Source of the DNA: Octopus sinensis
Lineage: Eukaryota
DNA: 64,000 nt
Reading direction: 5' to 3'
Assembly (NCBI RefSeq): GCF_006345805.1
Contig: NC_043011.1
Span: forward strand, 60,028,464 to 60,092,463
Part shown: piece by piece, positions 28,293 to 41,051 of the stretch
Position numbering within the stretch: the first letter of the stretch is position 1
Layout: every line of letters begins with the position of its first letter
Made by a program: the position numbers and the translations under genes
The notes under the pieces: model-generated
Databases searched by the model: none
What the model was told of the DNA's origin: nothing
Seen by the model: the letters and a program-made list of their open reading frames with translations, nothing else

Positions 28293-28611
28293 TTCTATAT
28301 TTGTGTGTGTCTTTGTGTTTGTTTCCCACCACTGCTTGACAACCAGTATTGGTTTGTTGATGTTCCCATAACTTAGTAGTTCAGCAAAAAGAGACAGATA
28401 GAATAAGTAGCATTCTTTAAAAAATAAGTACTGGGGTTAATTTGTTCAGCTAAAACTTGTCGAGGGCAGTGCCCCAGCATGGCCACCACAGTCTAATGAC
28501 TGAAACAGGCACAAGATAGAATATAAACACACACACAACACATATAAATATATACATACGTAACATTGTCATCACTGTTTAATGTCCATCTTCCATGCAT
28601 GCATGGGTAGG

Positions 28612-28731
<120 letters not shown>

Positions 28732-28763
28732 TATATATATATATATATTATATTATATATATT

Positions 28764-28822
<59 letters not shown>

Positions 28823-30646
28823 ATTATATATATATAGCTAACTGGTAGTCTATTGGTTACAATGACAAGGGATCCAGTTGATCCGATCATTGGAACAACC
28901 TCCCTGTGAAATTAATGTACAACTGGCTGAGCACTTCACAGACATGTGTACCCTTAACGAACGAGAGAGGGAGAGTGAAAGGGAGAGAGAGTGAGAGAGA
29001 GAGGAGTCTATTGACAACAAGGTTGAGCTCTGGGCATATTTTTTTGATGAAAATGAATGTGGGATGGTCAGAGTTGGTTTCCTTGTTAGTCTGAAGTGAT
29101 TGGCAGTGTTTTTATACTTGGTGTGTTTGAGTGTGCAAAGGCAGGGGTGAGAAGGGATAGTTTGGGAGGAGATTAAGCTGCTATTATATGCAGTGTGCAG
29201 ATGGATGCAAAGCAGCAGAAAATGTCGATATATTTACATTTGTAAAATCTCAATAATTTGAAAACACTAATTACAAAATTTAAATCTGCAATAATCTTAA
29301 AGAAAACAATCTATACAATATATTATTTAGACTGTGTATTTTGTATTTTCAAAATAATCCTTGAAATAAGTTGTTTTGGAAGAGTCAGATGAAATTAATT
29401 TCTGAGAAAATTTTCTTGTTAAAACAAAGCTACAAAGCTGTAGCAAGTGAATCTATTGTTAGAATTAACAATCAGTTTAAAAACAATGAAGATGAGACTG
29501 AGAGTTGAATCTGGATAATGAGTTTAACTTTAATTTGAATCTATTTTTAAAAAGTGAATGAAATGATAAATATTTATTGCAGTTAAATTTGACATGAACC
29601 AGATGAAACTCAAGCAAGCTTTTATTGTATTTCATCATTGGCAAACATGCCAACATGCGAAAAAAAGAAGAAAAAAATAAACGGAAAAAAAAATCTTCTA
29701 CATAAAAATCACTAGCATTTAATTATTTCTTTCAAGCAAATTTTAAAAAATAATAAGTATCAATTCTGAAATTCTTAGATCAATATATGGAATCAAATGT
29801 TTCATTAGAATTTTCAGAATTAAAGAAACTCCAATTACTAAGTGAAAATTAAAGTTTACAATTTGTAACATATTAGAAAACGACAACAACAACAATAACA
29901 AAACGGTAAATTTCCTTCTTTTAATATCACTATGACATCAATATAAGGCAACAGTAAATATTTGCATTTAATTACAAAGGATGTAGCCGTAGACTACTTG
30001 AATGTAATTAACTACGATACAAAATTTGAACAGAACATCATTTATATTTTAAATCAATTTTTTTCTTAAATAACTGCAGATATTACAAAATTTTCAATTT
30101 CGTTTTCAACTTCAGCCAAATGGAGTAATCTGCTTAAGATTTACAAACTCCTGTTTATGTTTGTGTCTTATTTAAAGATCTCAACTGAGATTTATCTTTC
30201 GTTTGGGTGAATGTTATAGAAAATGTCGTTATATAAGGGCAAAACAAATCTTTGTAATTCTTGAAACGTCCAAATTAATTTTTAAACAATTACTTTGTAC
30301 TAAATTCTTTTGATGATTAATTAGTTGGATATATAAATGCTGAATTCTAGGAGTATGAAACTAAAGTAGACCAAAGTAAGGCCAATGGTGGATCTTGAGT
30401 GTTAGATAGTTTAAAATCAAAGTGTCTCCACGCGGTCACTCAATCTCTAAGAAATAGCAGCCACTATTTGAAAATATAACCAAATGGTCATGGTTGGAAA
30501 ACTTTGATTGGAAATCTGTTCTTCAGAGCTGACATGGGACTAAAGAGCAATGTTAAGACTTTGAGAGAAGAAAGAACAACAAGGCACCTTGCCAGTAGGA
30601 CAGTCTTTGGTATTGGTTCTTGCAATGTTCAATATCATCTTACATT

Positions 30647-30833
30647 TCTATATTTCAGAGATGAGGAATTATGTACATTATTTACATTTGACAGATATTT
30701 GTCCTCATCCTGTTTGTTGTTAACACAACGTTTCGGCTGATATAGGCTGGAGAGTTTATCAGCCGAAATGCTGTGTTAAACAACAAACAAGATGAGGACA
30801 AATATCTGTCAAATGTAAATAATGTAAATAATG
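30647..30833. mobile_element. Fold-back element made of two inverted hammerhead-type (PLE pLTR-like) fragments, with 14-bp TSD
   Basis: Arms 30674-30742 and 30757-30826 form a ~70-bp near-perfect inverted repeat. Direct repeat TATCATCTTACATT at 30633-30646 and 30834-30847. Contains GGCTG/CAGCC-GAAA, and GAAACGTT on the minus strand. Confidence 0.75.
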
Positions 30834-30937
30834 TATCATCTTACATTGTTAGAGAAAAGGAAAACAAATCTTATTTTTATGTATCTCAATATGATTTGAT
30901 ACATTGTGATGGTGTGGAGTTGAGAATGATAACCAAG

Positions 30938-31095
30938 GGGTGGCTGTGTGGTAAGTAGCTGGCTTACCAACCACATGGTTCTGGGTTCACTCCCTCTGTG
31001 TGGCATCTTGTGCAAGTATCTCCTACTATACCCTCAGGCTGACCAAAGCCTTGTGAGTGGATTTGGTAGACAGAAACTGAAAGAAGCCTGTTGTG

Positions 31096-31166
<71 letters not shown>

Positions 31167-31363
31167 GTATCTGTGATTGTTCCCCCACCATCACTTGGCA
31201 ACCAATGCAGGTGTGTTTACATCCCCGTAACTTAGCAGTTCAGCAAAAGAGACTGATAGAATAAGTACTAGGCTTACAAAGAATAAGTCCTGGGGTCGAT
31301 TTGCTCGACTAAAGGTGGTGCTCCAGCATGGCCGCAGTCAAATGACTGAAACAAGTAAAAGAA
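30938..31363 (+). mobile_element. Full-length tRNA-derived SINE with CORE-like segment and internal (TA)n(TG)n ('OR-like' octopus family)
   Basis: TGGCTGTGTGG A box, GGGTTCACTCCC B box, GTGAGTGGATTTGGTAGACAGAAACTGAAAGAAGCC, tail CCAGCATGGCCGCAGTCAAATGACTGAAACAAGTAAAAGA. About 20 relatives, e.g. + at 10570, 12870, 16720, 25275, 26030, 28090, 40010, 50340, 51490, 53095, 59090; - at 8430, 8620, 10800, 25700, 34190, 37620, 51075, 55575. Confidence 0.85.
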
Positions 31364-31393
31364 TATATTAGGCAAGGATGTGTGTGTGCATGA

Positions 31394-31454
<61 letters not shown>

Positions 31455-34400
31455 AAAATCATCATTCAACAATCTTCCTGCCGTGCTGGCTTGGGTTGGA
31501 AGGTTTGACAGAAGTCAGCAAGTCAGAGCACTGCACCAAGCTCTGCTTTGGCATGGGTTTCAACAGCTGGATGTCCTTCCTAATGCCAACCACTTTACAG
31601 AGTGTACAGGGTGATTTTTACATGGCACCAGCAACTGTGAGGTGATGAAGTAACTTGCAAATCAAGACTCCTTTGATGGCAGGGGAGTAGTATTGAGGGA
31701 GATGGAGATTTGTGCCAGGTGTTGGGAGGCTGGAGTATGAATTAGCGGGACAGAAACAGGGGTTTTGCAGTGGAGGAGAAACAGGGCTACCTTTGCTGGA
31801 GAGAGTGAGAGAGTGGAGAGAGAGATAAAAAGGAGAGAAAGAGAAAGAGAGAAACAGATGGAGAAGAGCATAGGCAAGGATGTGTTCAGAATAGTTGAAT
31901 ATTTCATTGGCATTGAAAAAGAAACTGAAGTTACTGAGGTGAGGATGAAGAAGGTAACACTATAACAATAGATCTAAAAGGGTTTTTAAATCTTTATCAA
32001 AGGTTTTCAGTGCTAACTACAAAAGACAAACTTCAAAGAACTGTTATTTCATGCATTCATTCAGAGTTTCAAAATATAATTTGAAATGTAAACTACTACT
32101 TTTTTATTTTTTGTTGTTGTGAAGTTGTAGAGTTGGGGTTGGTGCTATCTACATGGCCTAACTCACTGATTATATATATTTGTTTTCAGAAATGTAATGA
32201 AATATGCATTTTATAACCACCATAAATTAGTAATCTATGTAACATGCACATATACATATGTGATTGCAGAGTTGTTTCTTGCAACCTTTTCTTTGGCTGT
32301 TTGATGTTGGAAAACTTCTTTCGTGCCATTTTCATTCCAGCTATGAAAGTTAAAAGAACGAGTTTGCAGATTCATAGTAATTCATTTGTTAATTTCAAAT
32401 TTCTGAAGTTTTTAAAAAATTTATTTTCCTCCTTCCTTCTAGCATTGCTAATAATAAATAATATGTAACCTAGGCAACAACAATGAACAACAGAAATGTA
32501 TTTTATTCAGATTTTTTTTTTTTTTTGAGAGCAATCTTTACATGGAATTATAAACTTGGGTTAGTTAAAAAAAGAAAAATGACTGCTGTATTGTATAAGC
32601 AAGATTTAGTTATTCTCTAGCCAGAAGATACCAGACTAAATGATTCAGTTCAAAAGTACAAAGCAAAATGCACTTCAAAACATTAGCTAACTATTAAATT
32701 CTGTAAGGAATTTAGCTTTCAGGAATTAAAACCATTTTTCTAGAAAATAAAATTCCAAGAAGTTTAGTAAATTAGAGTTTATTCTTAATGATTTTCTAAT
32801 TCATCAGAAGACATTCATTAGTGGTAATTAAGATTTTATCAACTGCTTCTAAGGTGTTATATATATATGTATGTATATATGTTGCTTACAAGGATGACAG
32901 CAAATAAAAAAAAAACACCCAGCAAAAACAAAACAAATATTATCATCAAATCTTTTTGTCAAGAATCAAAATAATTTCAAGTTGAAAAATATTGAAAATT
33001 ATTTTATTTATGGTTAGTTTATTAGATTGTTTTTTAAATTCCCATAAGTGAATCTTAGCGTTAAGTCAGTCCATAAATTGTTTCACATTAAACTAATATT
33101 ATTAAAACTTCTATTCGTTCCCATGTTCCACAAAAATAAAAAAAAAAGAAATAATTATAATAAAATAAAAACAAATACAGAAAAGAATGACATCATTTCA
33201 TAATATATTATGAATCAGTCTTTTGTTAGTTTTTCACACACACACACACACACACACACACCTTTGTGTTTCTCTTGGCACATGGTGTCAGGCATAGCTG
33301 TGTGATTAAGAAGGTTGTTCAGAGCAAGTGGTTCTGGGTTCACTTCTAAGGTAAGCACATAGGCAAATGTTTTCTATCAGAGTCTCATGTGAGTGAAATT
33401 TGGTATGTGGAAACTATACAGAATCCTATTTGACACATGGATACACAAACACACACACAGACACTCATATATATATATATACAGATCTAAATGTCCATTA
33501 TGATTCAGTTCCATTTCTATGTACCAAATTTCACTTGAAACTATGTGCGCATGCGCATGTGTGTGTGAGAGAGAGAGGGGGGAGAGAGTGAGAGAGAGAG
33601 AGGGAGAGAGAGTACAAGTGTAACGGTGTGGGATGGTAGAAATCAGCAGACAGAATGTAAAATTGAATTCATCTCATTTTCATTGCCTTCAGTCAACTTG
33701 CCTCCAGTTATCCTCAGAGACTGATAAACTTAGTACAAGAAATGAGTGCCTTAACCTTTCTGCTGAACTCCACTAACTCGACTCTTAAAGAATTAAGAAA
33801 AACAATGAAGAACTTATCAGAATAACTTTGATGTCACAAAGCTGGCATTTGGAACATCAATTAAAATGAAATATTAACCGAATGTTTTTATTCAGATCAC
33901 TGCAAGCTTTTAGCATTCGAATCAGCCATATCCTGTCTAAATATTCCACCCACCCATTTTATGCTCAGACCAGATCCAGCCTCTTACACTTACCCTGCAA
34001 TATCCCTCTAAGAATAAACAAAGCAATCACACCATGAAAATCTTGAAGCTACAAGGTAATGCATGATTCTCAATGTTAAAGGGTTAAAAGGGTTAAAAGT
34101 AGAAATTTGAATCATAAGAGCATGGGGCAGTCCTAGGTGGGTTGGTATCAAAAGGGTTAGCCCTAAAATGCAAAGCTACAGTATTCATTCTTTTATTTGT
34201 TTCAGTCATTTGACTGTGGCCATGCTGGAACACTGCCTTTAGTCGAACAAATTGACCCCAGGACTTATTCTTTGTATGTCTAGTACATAATCTATCGGTT
34301 TCTTTTGCCAAACTGCTAAGTTATGGGATGTAAATACACCAACAGTGGTTGTCAAGCAATGGTGGGGGAACAAACACAGACATACAAATATATACATATA

Positions 34401-35299
34401 TACATATATACATACATACATATATATATATATATAGAGATGAGTGGTACAACAAGGCACCAATATATATATATATATATATTATATTTGTATATATATA
34501 TGATGGGATTCTTTCAGTTTCCATCTACCATCTCCACTCATAAGGCTTTGGTCAGTCCAAGGCTATAGGAGAAGATACTTGCCCAAGGTGCTGTGCAGTA
34601 GGACTGAACCCCCGGGACCATGTGGTTGGTAAGCAAGCTACTTACCACACAGCCACTCCTGCACCAATGGTCATTGTTTGATCACTGAAACCTGTAAAAT
34701 AACAATTCCCTCTAACCTATCCATGCCGTACCTCTTTGTGTCTAGATTAAGTTGTTAGAATAACCAAAGTGTTTAAAATCCTTTAAATGTTATGTTTTTC
34801 AATAGCTAACAACAAAAAAAAACAAGCAAGATGTTAATACTATTGAATAATAATTTATGTGAAATCCATCAAACTAATTTTAGAAAATATCTATAAAAGA
34901 CAAACCTTTTCTTGAGTATCAGATTGTTATTAAAACAGGATTTGAAATATTATTATTATTATTATTATTATTATTTTCTAGTTTTAACAATACTTTCATG
35001 GAAATAAATGTTCAGAAAAGAGACATTATAGAACGTTTACTGTATGAGAAGCTTGCCATATAATCTCTCAACAACAACAATATCAATAATAATAGTAATA
35101 ATAATGATAAAAACCTTTTATTTTAAACATATAATATTGGATGACAATGGAATAGTAATTTTACATAAAATGTACATTTATGGCAATAGATGGAATTATT
35201 AACACATTGTAACAATTTAATTTATATTGCTAGTATTACAATTTCCTGCCGGAAACAGAGCAAGAGATTTAAACTCATAATGGTGCCATACACACACAC

Positions 35300-35798
35300 A
35301 CATATATTAATAAATATATACATATACAAACATATATATATAAATATATAAATATATATAAATATATATAAATATATATAAATATATACATATACAAACA
35401 TATATATATATATATAAATATACATATATATATAAATATATATAAATGTACATATATATATATAATAATTATATATATATATATAAATAATTATATATAT
35501 ATATATTATATATATATATATATAAATATACATATATATAAATATACATATATATATAAATGTACATATATATATATAAATAATTATATATATATATATA
35601 AATAATTATATATATATATAATGCATATATATTTATATATAATATATATGCATATATATTTATATATATATATATATGCATATATATTTATATATATATT
35701 ATATATATATATATATATAATATATATATAATATATACATATATATTATATATATATATATATAAATAATTATTATATATATATATATGCATATATAT

Positions 35799-35831
<33 letters not shown>

Positions 35832-35869
35832 ATATACATATATATAAATAATTATATATATATATATGC

Positions 35870-35929
<60 letters not shown>

Positions 35930-36040
35930 AAATATAAATATATAAAATGTATATATTAAAACATGTGTAAAATGGTATTAAAGATATACCGAATTTTCTA
36001 GTCTTTGTTTTAATATCTATATATAAATATATATACATAT
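35300..36040. repeat. Compound (TA)n low-complexity block
   Basis: ~740 bp almost entirely A/T with interrupted TA repeats and 10-mer ATATATATAA units. Similar blocks at 28610-28836, 36565-36800 and 59565-59745. Confidence 0.95.
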
Positions 36041-36594
36041 GTATGTGTGTGTGTGTATGGCCATTTTAAGTCGAGCTGAGAAAAATAAAACCCAAATAAT
36101 GGCTCACATGGTAGTTTGAAGAAATTTAAAATGATGCAATTTATATAATGTAATTTCGCAGTGGGTGGATGGCGGGAACTGGTAGAGTGTCAGACAAATA
36201 TTTAAGTCACGTCCTGCTACATTCTGATTCTATATATTTTTATATTTTTCAATGATAGGATTTACTTTACAACTATAACAATAATGAGTTTTGAGACAAA
36301 TGATTGTTGAATCAGTCTTTATTGATGTTTGACATTAAGAGTGTGTGTGTCAGTGTGTCCGTGTATGTGCTCACGTCTACAAAGTTATTAAGAGAGTGAG
36401 TAGGTGTTGTATACAGGAATTACATAAATACAAAATTACTTTGATTACTATTGATTTTTTTTTTCAAGAAATTCAATATTTCTATAAAGGAATTGTGATT
36501 TTTCAAATAAAAAAAATTATTTTGTCAATACTAATCTGAAGTGTTTGCTTGTTATATAGTGGGCATGTGTGTGTGTGTGTATATATATATATAC

Positions 36595-36657
<63 letters not shown>

Positions 36658-36709
36658 CATATATATACATATTATATATATATAAATATATATATAAATA
36701 TATATATAA

Positions 36710-36756
<47 letters not shown>

Positions 36757-39039
36757 TATATACATATATATATACATATATATATATGCATATATATAAA
36801 CACACACACACGTATATATCTCAATGTCAATAGTTCATTTTCTAGAAATAAATCTCTATTATATTCCCTCTTCCTTTCTGAATGAACCCAAAGTAAACTT
36901 TCTGATAGAAGACAGGAAATGAGGATTTAAAGAAAAAACAATGATTAGTTAAAAGAAACCTATTTAGATACCCTTTTCTAAACTGGAGTTGAAACTGAAT
37001 ATACTGTGTAATCGATAATGCAGTCACTTGTGAATCAATGGATATGTGGTTCAAATCTTGTCAGTGAACCTGCTTTGTTGTCTTAGATTAATGCTTGGAA
37101 GAACTAATATCATTTAGTAAACATTTTAGTATTTAATTTATAATGTTCAATTTTGTTAATAGCTTCTTAAATAGCTTTAAATCTATTCAAATGAAGAAGG
37201 TTTCACTCATCAGTTATTGACGTTAATTTTGATAAATAGCAGAAATAATTTCGTGATTTTATTTTTCAATCTATTTAAAAATTCAGACTGATTAAAATTC
37301 AAACCTGCAAAATACAATATTTGCTTTGTCTATGGAGCATTTTTGTGTAATTAAGAAGAGTGCATTACAAATCGCATGAGTCAAGGCTCAAATCCTCTTC
37401 ACAGCAACTTGGGCATGTAAATTCTTTCTTAGAATAAATTGGTGAAATACACTAGATGGGAACTGTGCAGAAGCCCATCAGAAGTGTGTGTGTGTATGTG
37501 TGTGTGCGTATGTGCATATGTATTAACACTCATTATGAAAAATCAATGCGAAAGACTAGAAAAAATCTGGTGGTTTCCAATCTCTTATTGTTTACATTCA
37601 ACTATGTTTCTCACATCTTTTATCTGTTACTTGTTTCAGTCCCAGGAGTTTGGCCCTGCTGGGGCATCACCTTGAAGGGTTTATCCCAAACAAGTTAGTA
37701 CCTACGTTTGGTACTTATTGATCACATTTGTAAAACTGTAAAAAAAAGTTACAAGGATGAGAAAAAAAGCCAACACCTGTTGTTAAGCGATGGTGGGGGA
37801 TGAACACAAGCAAACACATACACACACATATATGCATACATATACACGATGGGCTTCTTTCCATTTCCATCACCTCAATCCACTCACAAGGCTTTGGTTG
37901 GCACAGGGCTATAGTAGAAGACACTTGTTCAAGTTACAACACAGAGAGACTGAACCCAGGACCTTGTGGTTGGGAAGCAAACCTCTTTCAATACAGCCAC
38001 ACTTTTTAACTTTCAACCATTTATGAGGTCAACAGAATGCATAAAATACAGGGACCAGTTTACATGACTAAAACCACCAAAGGTGATGCCACAGCATGGC
38101 TGCAGTCTAATGAGTGAAACAGGTAACAAAAACCAAAAAGTATTTGATATATTATTTTATCTCTTTACGACAGATTGAGTATTTCCTCTCTATGGTGGAA
38201 CCTCAGTTTATGAATTTAATTTATTCCTGAAGGCTGTTTATTGCACGAAATGTTTGTAAACTGAAACTGCTTTGCTCATAGGAAATTCAAGAGAAGGTAT
38301 GGCAAATTCGAGCTGGGATGTGCAGTGAGGGAATGCTAGACAGCAAATGACACTCTCCTATTGTTGCTTCCATCTTGACACCAACCGTTGTTGCCTGCTT
38401 CCAAAGAAAATTTGGTCTTGTAGCCAATCAAAAGGAGTTATTATTGCCACAAAATATATAAATGATTAAATAAGAAAAAAGGAGGAAAAGAAACTCTTAT
38501 TTCCATTATATAAAGAGAAATAAATAAATATTCAATAAGTAAATGCTATTGACGGTCCTAAACTGATAATGGTTTGTGAAATACAGTGTGAAATTTGCCT
38601 TGTAATAAAATAATACCTGAAAAATGGGGAACATCTTTTTTCCACACAGTGATGGAAATTGGTGGCTATTTATAACTCATCTACATAATAAGTGGATTTG
38701 ATAAAAAAAAATGCTTTGACTAAATCTAAGTCTTATTGTAATTACAGAAATAATGAATGAATATACTGAAGAGAAATGAGTATGTGAAATTATGAAGAAA
38801 ATAGAGAAAAATCTTGTATGAGAAACAAAATTTCAATATTTCTTTAAATGAGTTCATTTCTAAACAAACTGATGTCTCCAAGAGCTACATAGGCCTGTAG
38901 AGTTTCTTAGTTTACCATTGAGTAACATTAAGTAAATATAAGGCAAATCATTTCAACCTCTTGGAGAGGATTATCAGACTGGTATATGAAGCGTTGCTCA
39001 AAATTATTTTGAAATCTTGACACCAAAGTGAGGATGATA

Positions 39040-39290
39040 ATGATAATAATAATAATAATAATAATGATGATGATGATGATGATGATAATAATCCTTTCTA
39101 CTATAGGCACAAGGCCTTAAATTTGGGGGCTTGGGACTAGTTGAATACATTGACCTCAGTGTTTCACTGGTACTTAATGTATTGACCCCGGAAACTGACC
39201 TCAGTGGAATTTGAACTCAGAATGTAGCAACAGGTGAAATACTGCAAAGCATTTCGTCCAGTGTGCTAACGATTCTGCTAGCTCGCCACC

Positions 39291-39330
<40 letters not shown>
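39040..39330 (-). mobile_element. Tail-B SINE embedded in an (AAT)n microsatellite
   Basis: (AAT/GAT)n 39040-39090, SINE 39091-39291, (AAT)n 39291-39330. Confidence 0.8.
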
Positions 39331-39331
<1 letters not shown>

Positions 39332-40294
39332 TATAAAACCATATTTCTGTTGAAATATTCTGCCTTTATTTCAATTAATTTTGAAAAAAAACTAAAGAAT
39401 TTAGTAAAATAATTTTGCCATTGGTGTTTAGAACAGAAATTAGCATAAAATTTTGATGGACGGTTTTAATTTCATAATAGATCACTTTAAAACTGAAATT
39501 TTCTATCGTAGAACCAGAGGGTTAAACCATATGATATTAAGCTGCTTGAGAACGCTTCTGGCTTTATGACTCAAACTTCTAGTCTAAATTAAGACCATCC
39601 ATCAACATTTCCTGTTGATTTATGTTCTAAGTTGTTATGAAACAACAAAATTATTGCACTAAATTTTTCATTATTTTGAAAATAAATTGAAAGAAGGGGA
39701 GAGCAATTGAACAGAGATATGGTAACAAAAGTGTTAAGCTACCAAATTTTAACGCTATTTAAAATGAATTATATCTGTCTTAAAAGCCCACATCTCTGAT
39801 CAGCAAACACCTAAATCTCTGAGCTTATAGATAAAAGCAGGAGGTTTTGAGTGTATACATTTGAAGCCAATAACCTTTGACCTTTTTAAAATAAGAGGTA
39901 CAGGAAGTAATCCCCTCAGATCTAATAACATTTCAGTAACACTTAAGGAACAAATGTGGGGCAGGAGAGAATCAGAAAAAAGTAAGAATAAGATTCTGAC
40001 CATACATAAGTGCAGGTGTGGCTATATGGTAAGTAGCTCGCTTCTTAACTATATGGTTCTGCTATTATAGCCTCAGACTGACCCGAAAGCAATGTGAGTG
40101 GATTTAGTAGATTGAAACTGGAAGAAGCCATCACATCAATGTGTGTGAGTGTGTGTGTGTTTGTCCCCCCTCACCACCACCACCTGACAACTGGTGGTGT
40201 GTTTACATCCCCATCACTTAGCGGTTCAGCAAAAGAGACTGGCAGAATAAGTACTAAGCTTAACAAAAATAAATTCTGGAGTCAATTCATTTGA

Positions 40295-40756
40295 ATTATA
40301 GACAGGGGTGCAAAAACATGTAATTGTAGAGCTCCTGAATTATGTCCACTTGCCAGCTTATGTTTACACAAAAACGTAATCTATAAATGCACTGTGACTA
40401 GCAACAAACATCAAGCCAGAATATACATAGGAAACACTAAAGACTTCAAGAAACGATATAGAACACATGTAAATTCTTTTGACAAGGTAAAGCATAAAAA
40501 TTCAATGGCATTAGCCAGATATATACATGACTTAAAATTACAGAGCATTAATTATACATTGTCTTGGCCAATCATAGACGAGGCCCCATCTTACAATATG
40601 ATTACTGGCAGATGTCAAATGTGTATAAAAGAATCATACACTATCCTTTGCATGTTTAATTCCACTGTTTTAAATAAGTTCTTTGACATTATTCATTTGT
40701 GCAACCACAGATACTACTCAACTTTCAAGAGACGATTTAAATTTGAGCCCACTTAG
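40295..40756 (+). mobile_element. Penelope-like element (PLE) 3' ORF fragment: Cys-rich linker plus GIY-YIG endonuclease
   Basis: Stop-free frame of 153 codons: ...KTCNCRAPELCPLASLCLHKNVIYKCTVTSNKHQARIYIGNTKDFKKRYRTH...RCQMCIKES...LNK...CNH. Has VIY/YIG, the catalytic-type R, E and N, and the CNCR..CP..C motif typical of PLEs. The 5' side is cut off by a SINE. Confidence 0.88.
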
Positions 40757-40964
40757 CGTTAATTTCTGTTGCACAATAATATATTGCCAATACAAATATA
40801 AATTTTTAGAAAGAAAGTAAGCAATCTAATTTTACTCCCATCAGCCCTCATAAAAAACTTCCTTAATTTACATAGCTATATCCGCTCTTCTATAAAAGCA
40901 TCCAATTTTCACATACCTTTGTAAAGAAGTGAACGCATATCTAGAATAAACATCATTTTCCTTT

Positions 40965-41051
40965 TTCCCTGATGAAGGGGCATTCTCTGGAAATTAATCT
41001 TAAGATCCATCTGTTATTTGGCCAAATGAGCTCCAGAAACGATCGTTGGAA
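40965..41051 (+). ncRNA. Putative type I hammerhead ribozyme in the PLE 3' region
   Basis: TTCC(40965-68) CTGATGA(40969-75) A GGGGC...GCTCC A GAAAC(41036-40) GATC GTT(41045-47) GGAA(41048-51). Stem I is 4 bp, stem II 5 bp plus extension, stem III AC/GT with a palindromic GATC loop. One A.A mismatch at the base of stem II. Confidence 0.6.

Noticed and set aside
37190-37230. Minus-strand CTGATGAG-T-GAAAC hammerhead-like core
   Set aside because: No stem II, no NUH after a stem III and no stem I pairing.
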